DNA of 51,434 nucleotides from Perkinsus olseni (Eukaryota): NCBI GenBank assembly GCA_013115125.1, contig JABANN010000008.1, positions 124,001 to 175,434 of the forward strand, read 5' to 3'. Shown piece by piece: positions 43,835 to 51,434 of this stretch (position 1 is its first letter; each line of letters starts with the position of its first letter). The notes under the pieces were generated by a model. It saw only the letters and a program-made list of their open reading frames with translations, ran no database searches and was not told where the DNA came from. The position numbers and the translations under genes were made by a program.

Positions 43835-46278
43835 CTAAGTGTCGAGTAACTTCCCAATGGACTCGTTGAGGGCCGCTGCAGCTTCTGCAGACGGATCCGT
43901 AACAGTGGGCGGGGCTAGTCCCAGTCTTGTTGGATTAGATGGGACGAACTCGGGAGATTCCCGCTGAAAGAAGAGAGATGGGGTTCCATAGCACGACCAC
44001 GAGAAGACTACAAATCACAGGCACTGAGCGGTGAAATCATGAAACCGTCGGCACGTATACTGGAGGGGAGATGGTGGCGCCTCAGCTTACATTAAACTTA
44101 TGTCCCCCTCGGCTCGTTCCACTTCGAGCATCAGCCAGACTCTTGCTGATGTTCGCGATGTGAGCACCGAGCACTCCCTCGTCGATTTCCACTTTCGCTT
44201 CACCTGATTCGATATGATGCGCGAAGCAGGCAAGTGACCGCTCTCATTCTCTCACCAGTAGGGAAGGTCGGACTTCTCCTGGACGGGGAGAGGTGCTCAA
44301 AGCCTGGTGGAGGGGGTATATCGGCCAAAGGCAAATCTGCAATGTTAGCGATGGATACCTCCTCCACAACGCACATCAACATAGGGAGGCTACTACGGTA
44401 CTATCGGCCGACGATCTCGGGATGCGCCACACCACCAGACATGAGCTTACCCGGAGATGGCGTCGAAGCCGAGCGATTGAGCGGGGAGCCGGACTCGGAA
44501 GTGGCGAACTTGAGAGTTCTAGAATCATTCAGACCTAAACAAGCCATACGCCACAGCTCGAGTTGAAAAGCAGAGGGAAGTCATACTTGCGTCAGCTAGT
44601 CCCGGCGGTGGCGGATGAGGCGACTCGAGGATGCCCTGGCCCGCTGGAACTGCTTTCAATGGAGGAGTGAAGGGCAGCGGTAGGAGGCCATCTCCCTGTG
44701 TCGACGATGCAGACGTGAACAAAGCCTACAAGAAAAGTCCTTGACAGGTCGACAAAGCACGAGCGTACACTGCTGCCACTGCCGTGACCGAAAGAGCCCG
44801 CCATCATACCACTGGAGCTCCCCGCTCCTGAGTACCTACGCGATTCAAGCGTACCTTTGCCACCTGGGCTACCCGCTTACTTGGACTTGATGCTACTGGG
44901 AGAGAAGTCATCGAGGTCCATCGAGAAAGATATGTCACTGGCTGTCCTGTGACCCCTCTTGCTACTGGACCGTCCAGAAGATACTCGGAACTGAAGAATT
45001 GGTTTGGCGGTGTACTCGGCCGTAGAATCTACCTTCGACAGATACACAGCACGCTTCGGTGACCTTGCAGCGGTGGCACCTGAACACCGAGCCAATCAGT
45101 GGCGGACTGGTTACCGTGGATGTTACTACCCACGAAGATATCGTCGTTCATGGAATTTGTGGGAGAAAGCTGGGTTGTGTGGACCAGACCGGCCTTCTCC
45201 GCGATGGCGTGCGCGTACTTTCTCTGGGCAGCGTCCAGATCCGACGGCAGGAACGCCTCCCTGTCGAAAAGACCACGGTTCCAAGCGACACGAGCCTTAC
45301 GAATGGGTGTCAAGTGCGCCGAAAAACGACAGCGGCAGGATTCGAACCTGCGCGGGCAGAGCCCAGTGGATTTCTAGTCCACCTCCTTAACCACTCGGAC
45401 ACGCTGTCTACGAAAATTTCTAACTTTGACAGGGGACCACCATTTATAACTCTGACCATGCTGATAACACTCACCTTTGCCGGTCATCTGCCAAGAAGTC
45501 ATCGACAAGCTTCTTGACCATATCCTGTTTCTCTCTGCTCAGAGATGCCTCCATGACATCCCTAGCCGTGCATGCTCTTTCACGCCGACCTTTGCGTTGT
45601 AACTCCACACGTACCTCGAAGTCGACTCCTGCTTTCTGGATGAGCTTAAACCAAGTCTCACCTTCCGTCCACCTATACGGCATGGACTGTTAGGAGGTTG
45701 GAAGGCTTCGACACAGGCAGCAGCGCTACGCTGCGTCGGAAACCTGATTGATCATATGAATCGTTTCAATGGCTAGGCTGTTGTAGAACTGAGCAGCGAC
45801 CCACTTGACAAACACAGTTCCGCGGAAGGTGCCCCTGGCATCTAGGTGAAACTCAATACCGATAGGCGGTAGGGGGAGCCTCTCCCTCATCAAGGTCTCG
45901 ACGATCTGATCAGAGATATCCCGTCAGAAGATATCATGGCGTGATTGTCCTACTTCGGCCTTGGTGACATCACCGGCAAGGTTCTTCATCACGACAGTGT
46001 CGATCTCGGTGAGGGCCTTACTGGCCCGACGACGGCCCTCCTCTCCTCGGTTTGAGGGTGACAGTACGGATGTAGATGATAGAGACGATGATGCCCGATG
46101 GTCTCTGGGACCTTGTAGGGCCGCCAATATCGCTGCCCCTGACACACGAGGGGATGAAACTCCTAGTCATTTCCCTCGTTACCAGTACAGGCGTTAATTA
46201 TAGCCGATGCTTACCTATATCAGGCTCTAGCAAGGCGCTGGCTAGGATTGCAGCCGCGTCGGTCTCTGGTAAGGACAT
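43835..46278 (-). CDS. RRM + R3H RNA-binding protein (Pin4/Cip2-like) with PAM2-like C-terminal motif
   Basis: RNP2 TVVMKNL; LPLP..IEFHLDARGTFRGTVFVK (RNP1); R3H FLPSDLDAAQRKYAHAIAEKAGLVHTT; terminal ESPEFVPS. Start codon uncertain. Confidence 0.72.
45327..45408 (-). tRNA. tRNA-Ser(AGA)
   Basis: GACAGCG acceptor stem, D loop CCGAGTGGTTAAGG, anticodon arm GTGGA-CTAGAAA-TCCAC, long variable arm GGGC-TCT-GCCC, T loop GGTTCGAATCC, G discriminator, then a T5 Pol III terminator. Confidence 0.97.
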
Positions 46279-46559
46279 AATGTGGACAAACCTTGAATCA
46301 AGCGGCGTGATAAACCGTCAGCGAACGCTATTTGTGGCATTCCCGGGAAGTCGACAGATAAGCCACCTTTCTGTGCATCAAAGAGCCGGACATGATCCGA
46401 ATTGAATAACACAAGCAACTCTACGAGGCCACTGACAACAGCTGTGATGATACGACATATTGGTGATTCATGTGCGTCATGAACTCACGCTGACAGCAGC
46501 TAGGATGCCATCAAAGATACCCACTCCACTGGCGCCTGTAGACCGGCACTCTCGCTGCC

Positions 46560-47169
46560 CTTCCCATTACGCTAGCCTTCGAGCTAGTGACAGCATGGAT
46601 CCCTAGAGGGCCCACACCCGGGTGGTAACCCATGTACCTAAAACAAGACTACTCCGAAATAAGAGACTCGACCAGTGGCTCTGTTTCCCCTTCCAATACC
46701 CGGGCATGCTCGTATCCACGTTCCCAATGGTATCTCTATCGATCCCCTTCGCAGCGCAATAGTAAACCTCCGGCGAAGTGTGGTAGCCGACAAAACTGCT
46801 GGCCGAGAGGGATCTAGCACTCGCGGACCTCCCGCATAGACGCTCTCTGCCTCTCGCAACGATCTTTTCATCGAAGGCCTCCGACGCCCGGTCCTGAGCC
46901 CACAAACCTCCTCAAGCTCGGCTGAGCGCCTTCCCCAGTACTACCGCTGCCATCTGAACTCTCCTAAGATACGACTTGTCGAACTGGTATGGATTCTGAG
47001 TGCCGGAAAAGACGTCTCTACCATCCTTGCAGCCCGCAATAGTCTTCGGCTGGAACATCGTCACGTAGCAAGGCGTTGCCGCGACGTCGTGGTACTTGTT
47101 ACACGCCCCTGGGCCCAAACCCGCCCGGAGCGTCCGACTACGCATGTGCTTAGACGATCTACGAGGCAT
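46560..47169 (-). CDS. Hypothetical protein (multi-exon, 3' end uncertain)
   Basis: ATG at 47169 (MPRRSSKHMRSRTL...) and a following coding-like segment (EAFDEKIVARGRERL...MPGYWKG). No family recognised. Confidence 0.4.
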
Positions 47170-47318
47170 TGTGATAGGTCATTCCAAGGATAACTTCTAG
47201 GAGACGGCTGTGCTGTTAAAATGGTCTGTCGAACACTGAGGAAGTGCAAGATGAGCAAGAGGAGCAAGATGTGCGCACTCAGTCCCCTCAAGTCAACTTC
47301 CCATAACTCTTTTCATAG

Positions 47319-48310
47319 ATGGAAGGTTTACCACGGCCCAGTAGGAAGGAACAGCAGTCCTCCATGACAAGTAAGCTCTGCTGTCACTGCTGCCAACGAG
47401 TGAATCATGCTGTTTTCAGTCGGCAGCCCACGTCGGCTCAACTTTTCTCGCCGCGTCCTGTCGAGCAAAACCCTGCCGTGCCGGGACGAGATCGAACTCG
47501 TCAGTTCAGAGGCGGTTGCTCAGGTAGTCTCCTACGAGTATCTTTCTTCCCGTGAAAAGCTAGGTGGGACCTCAAGATGCGCGGTTCCAGGTTCAAGAGC
47601 TAGAGGCCCAGCGAGAGACTTTGCTTTCCGAAATCAAGCAGTTGAGAAAGAGACGGCACGTCAACCAGGTACGCATAAGGAAAACTACTAACCAGCTGGA
47701 CGAGGGCAATGCTCTGGTAATGCACTCTATCGACAGCGACGCAGGGGACGTAGGGATCGCTTAGGCTGTTGATTTGGCTAAAAAATGCGAAGTTCTGGAA
47801 GACGGAAATATCGCTAAGCGGAATACGTTGAAGGGAGCTCGACGGTAATGGCCCGCTGTGGTTTCTTCAATGGGGGAGCCCTAGTTCAGGGACTACGATC
47901 AAGCTGAGAAGAAAGTGTCGGAACAGGAAAAGTGCAGCGATGAGATGTCCCGTCAGCTCTTGGCCATCAGGGCCGAGGTAATGTTCGTAGAAGGTTATCA
48001 TGCGTGATAGTATATGGCACATCGCGAGGTCCTCCGTTCTAAGCCCAACGTGTTGTCGGCTCGTAAACAGTTGGGAGTTGTGGAAACGGAGAAGGATCGC
48101 ATTGCTGCGAGCGTTGGACGAGTAGAGAGGGAGTGCAAGGTACTATGACCGTAGCGCACTGGTTCCAGCGACGGCCTCCAGGCTACTTCGACCCGTATGA
48201 ATGATCTCACACGTCACAGTGCAGAGCTTACTCGCTCTCTGCATGAGGCCTTGGCTGAGGGCAGCTCTGAGGGGTCCACCAGAAAGCCCTTCGGTGCCGC
48301 AGCTAGATAG
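47319..48310 (+). CDS. Hypothetical coiled-coil protein
   Basis: GT-AG exon chain from MEGLPRPSRK... through VQELEAQRETLLSEIKQLRKRR and ETEKDRIAASVGRVERECK to ...KPFGAAAR*. Confidence 0.55.
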
Positions 48311-48456
48311 TCTTCATGATGCTTGTGCTCTTCGACATTCACATGTTCTTTTGCTGTGAGCTGCTCTGCTGAGATGCGTTGGGAAAGGAGTGGTATCTGA
48401 TGCAAACCTGTTCTGGGAAACACCTCGTATTCCGGTGCGGCCTTCCTGTCAGTAAC

Positions 48457-50030
48457 ATGTCTAGCTCACGACGTAGGCTATTGCCCGTCCTCTTCCTATC
48501 GACCGGCTCCGCGAACCCGTGTGGCCTTTGGCAGGAGCCGGCTCAGCTCCACTACCTGGACGGACTCAAGGGTCCCAACGGCGATAAATTCGGTGATGTT
48601 TCGAGCAACTCCTACATCGAGACAAGTCTCTCGGATTAGGTTATGTATGTGTTAGCCGCTGTGGCTCGAATCTTCACGATCCAGTTTGCCCCAATACAGC
48701 TGGACCGGCAGCATCTTGCTTGCTTGAGGATGATAGTAGGAAGGGAAAGATGCCTCTCTCTCTTACTTTTCATCCTTCCCTTGCATCATGATTCCTGCAG
48801 GTTCTAAGGGCAATGAGTATTGTATTGGTACTTGCATTAGTGCTCAGGATTGTGATAGTAGCGGAGTCAACGCTAGGAGCTACCGATGCGTCCACGGCAC
48901 TCGTGAGTATTCGCGGCCTCGGACCAGACGAAAAGTGGGCCTGCTGTCAGCTGGATCTTCGGGGTTCCGCGGTATTTGCGTTCATGAGACCAACTTCAAA
49001 GAAATGCCGGGTTTGGGTGGAATGAAGAAGCTCAACTTCATGGTACTCTCAAATCCTGTGTTCCATCCTCATTGCCGGAGATCTCAGTCGCAATCAAAGT
49101 TGGTGCAGCAAGCTCTGCATCCTTCACGGGTAGGGACGGTAGTTCAAGACTCAGGGGCGGCAGATACAGAGCAAGACGGCTCGAAACAGCGCCTGCAAAC
49201 GTGAGTACTGCTGGGGAGCAAGTTGTAAGAGTTAAGTCAGGTTGGCAGCGGCAAACGCTGCGCTCGATGTCCTCGGACGGCGCTATGGCATGACAGGCGA
49301 CCATGACTACCAAGCTCTTAAGAAACACCTCACTGACTTGGGGAAAGGCCGCAGTGGTAAGCACATGGGGGAGTATTCATTTTGGTCACTCATCAGCAGC
49401 TCAATCATCGCCTCCGCTCTTCGACCCCCCGAACATCGGAGATTCTCTGGCGAATGGAGTCAAGGGAGCTGTCAAGACAATGTTACACCCTCTGGAATCA
49501 GTGAAGTCAGCCCTAGGAGGCGTGCGGCAATCTCACCGTCAAGCGCTACGCTACGTCCTCTGATTCACAGGTCCCTGCTGTGACAACTCAGCCTCACTCG
49601 CAAGCGCAAGCGCCCAGGCTCGAGCTCAGTACCGGCTTCACTCAAGCCCCCCACCATGCGGGAGGCTTCATCTACACAGTCCAGTCAGTCTCTCATCCAC
49701 TGGTCTCATCAGCGTGCATAAATCTCCTCAGGGTGATCGTCGTGATGTTCTTCTTCTACCTCCTGCTTGGTTATGTTTACCAGTGTCACGTGAATGGCGC
49801 CTCTGGCCTTGAAGCTCTACCACATAAGGACATCTTGGTCGCCATCCCCGCTTCTTTGGCCAGAGCATCCGCTTTCATTCGGGTGAGCTCTTGTGAGTTC
49901 TTTCGCTTGTGAGGATCTTTGCGTCCCCTCATCATCGTAGGATCTTATATCTGCCTCCACTGGAGGCCGTGGGAGCTTCGGTGCGAAGGGCTCAACCAGA
50001 GATTCGTTCGAGAACTTCGAGCCTCTCTAG
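48457..50030 (+). CDS. ATG27 / mannose-6-phosphate-receptor-like type I membrane protein
   Basis: Signal-like N-terminus, Cys-containing lumenal exons, TM segment LLRVIVVMFFFYLLLGYVY followed by NGASGLEALPHKD (typical of the family), tail ...SFENFEPL*. Confidence 0.65.
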
Positions 50031-50130
50031 TGGACAGCCGTGCGACGTGGCCGTTACTGACATGTACATGTCTGATTCACACTCTGATCTATCATTAGCT
50101 TGCCGTTGTTGTGTTCACCGACAGTACTAA

Positions 50131-50853
50131 ATGGGTTATTTTAGCCTTGAGTGCTTTCCGGAGATGCGTTCAACCTCTTTCCTGTTCTGTCTCCCTGCTC
50201 GGTCTGGGGCCTTCCTATACGGTCTATCAGAAGCCCTCTTCTGCGCAACGGCGTGTATACGGTGTTACGTTGGAGGAGCCCACGGGCTCGATTTGATTTC
50301 TCTGTGTATAGCGAAGGTACTCATAAGCCTCAATGGCTTTAACCAAGACCAAGCCGCCAAGCTGAGGGATGCCCTCCAAGATTCCATTACCGACCACATT
50401 CCCCTACAAGCTCTCAAACTCTACAACACAACATGCCTGTGTTATTGTCTGTTTGTTGGGCTCGCGGCAAGTCTGGGCATGATCGGAATCGGCGCGAGAA
50501 TCTCCGCATTAGTGCGCGTCTACCAAGTGGCCGACGCGTTGTCGATAGTAGCTGCCGCCTTCCTCATTGTTCTCATGCTACCGCATGCGGGTGAATATGC
50601 TGCGGCTCTCACCTTCATGGCTCAGCGAAGCCTCTCTGAGAAACTGACTGGAGTATGGCTCCTGCGCTTGCTGTCCACTGCAGAGGGCGTGGAGGTTCTA
50701 TTAGGTTGCGTTGGTGTGTCATGGACCCTAGTTAGGGCCTACGGCCTTTCGCTTGTGACGGACTCGATCATCGAGGTGACGAAGGCCAACAGGGAAATGG
50801 AAAAGCTGACAGAGCCGTTCCTTCGACGCCATCTGAGGCGAATACCCGAATAA
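50131..50853 (+). CDS. Hypothetical multi-pass membrane protein (intronless, 240 aa)
   Basis: Uninterrupted ATG-to-TAA ORF with about four hydrophobic segments. Confidence 0.6.
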   Translation: MGYFSLECFPEMRSTSFLFCLPARSGAFLYGLSEALFCATACIRCYVGGAHGLDLISLCIAKVLISLNGFNQDQAAKLRDALQDSITDHIPLQALKLYNTTCLCYCLFVGLAASLGMIGIGARISALVRVYQVADALSIVAAAFLIVLMLPHAGEYAAALTFMAQRSLSEKLTGVWLLRLLSTAEGVEVLLGCVGVSWTLVRAYGLSLVTDSIIEVTKANREMEKLTEPFLRRHLRRIPE

Positions 50854-50944
50854 TGAAGATGCTATTGGAGTAGCCCAGTACAGTAATCCTGCACGCTTAA
50901 TGTGTGTGAGTGTAACATTCTCAATGCACCGCTTCGTGGTTTGG

Positions 50945-51434
50945 TTATCTGAGTCGATCAGTGCTCGAAGTTATGGGCAATGGCGGAAGCGTTCGGTGAT
51001 TCTCCTCAGATGAATCGCATTCCGCTTTGTCGGACAAAGTTTGTCCCCTTTTTTGAATGCCCAGAATGCCGCCAGCGATGGCAGCGCCTTTGTCTTCACT
51101 GCGACTCGCTAAACAAGCGATTCTCTCCCGCTCGTTTCCTAGGACAATGTCTACCAAGTGAGCCGATACGTGCAGGCCCCCCTTGCTGGACAAGGGCTCA
51201 GAATCTGAGCCTCAGACAGGAACCCCGGGAGATACAGCCACCAGCGCTGGAAACGCCCGGAATTTGCCACCGAAGAAATGTGTATAACGCATGCGCGGCG
51301 ACGCGTCGGACGCCAGCTGTTCCCACAGAACGGGAAGGGCCGCATGATGCGGTAACCGCATTGTACAAGAACCGATACTATTATCGTCATGATTTACATA
51401 CACAATTATTGCTGTCCCTTTCAACACAACACAG
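50945..51434 (-). CDS. Probable 3' part of a gene extending beyond the window
   Basis: Coding-like minus-strand segments (AALPVLWEQLASDASPRMRYTHFF; GGLHVSAHLVDIVLGNERERIACLA). Product unknown. Confidence 0.35.

Overview
Eukaryotic protist DNA. Short GT-AG introns (mostly 45-70 nt), dense co-oriented genes and the gene families fit an alveolate such as Perkinsus (inference). Most short ORFs in the supplied track are exon pieces or antisense shadows. (1) 1-14408: a 5'-truncated giant gene with one exon of at least 13.7 kb. It encodes ~380 copies of a 12-residue G/S/L/A/R repeat, followed by three short exons encoding a phage-tailspike-type intramolecular auto-cleaving chaperone (peptidase S74: T-SDRRLK...LRPVAF...GFIAQ...coiled coil). 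This suggests a self-assembling trimeric beta-helical fibre and is the most striking system here. (2) ~14.5-26 kb: an accessory island with a fold-back element (193-bp inverted arms), minisatellites, a 115-bp captured fragment related to the giant gene, decayed tyrosine-recombinase retroelement pieces, and two paralogous secreted Cys-rich genes. (3) 26-51 kb: housekeeping genes, namely AP-2 mu, a UDP-glucuronate 4-epimerase-like SDR, an AIFM3-like Rieske/FAD oxidoreductase, a Q/P-rich Cys-tail protein, two intronless EXD1/Egl-like exonucleases, RPS21 followed by a duplicated 4-snoRNA cassette, a FYVE-coiled-coil-CaaX protein, an RRM-R3H protein with an intronic tRNA-Ser, an ATG27/M6PR-like protein, and hypotheticals. 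Exon boundaries were read by eye and no database searches were run.
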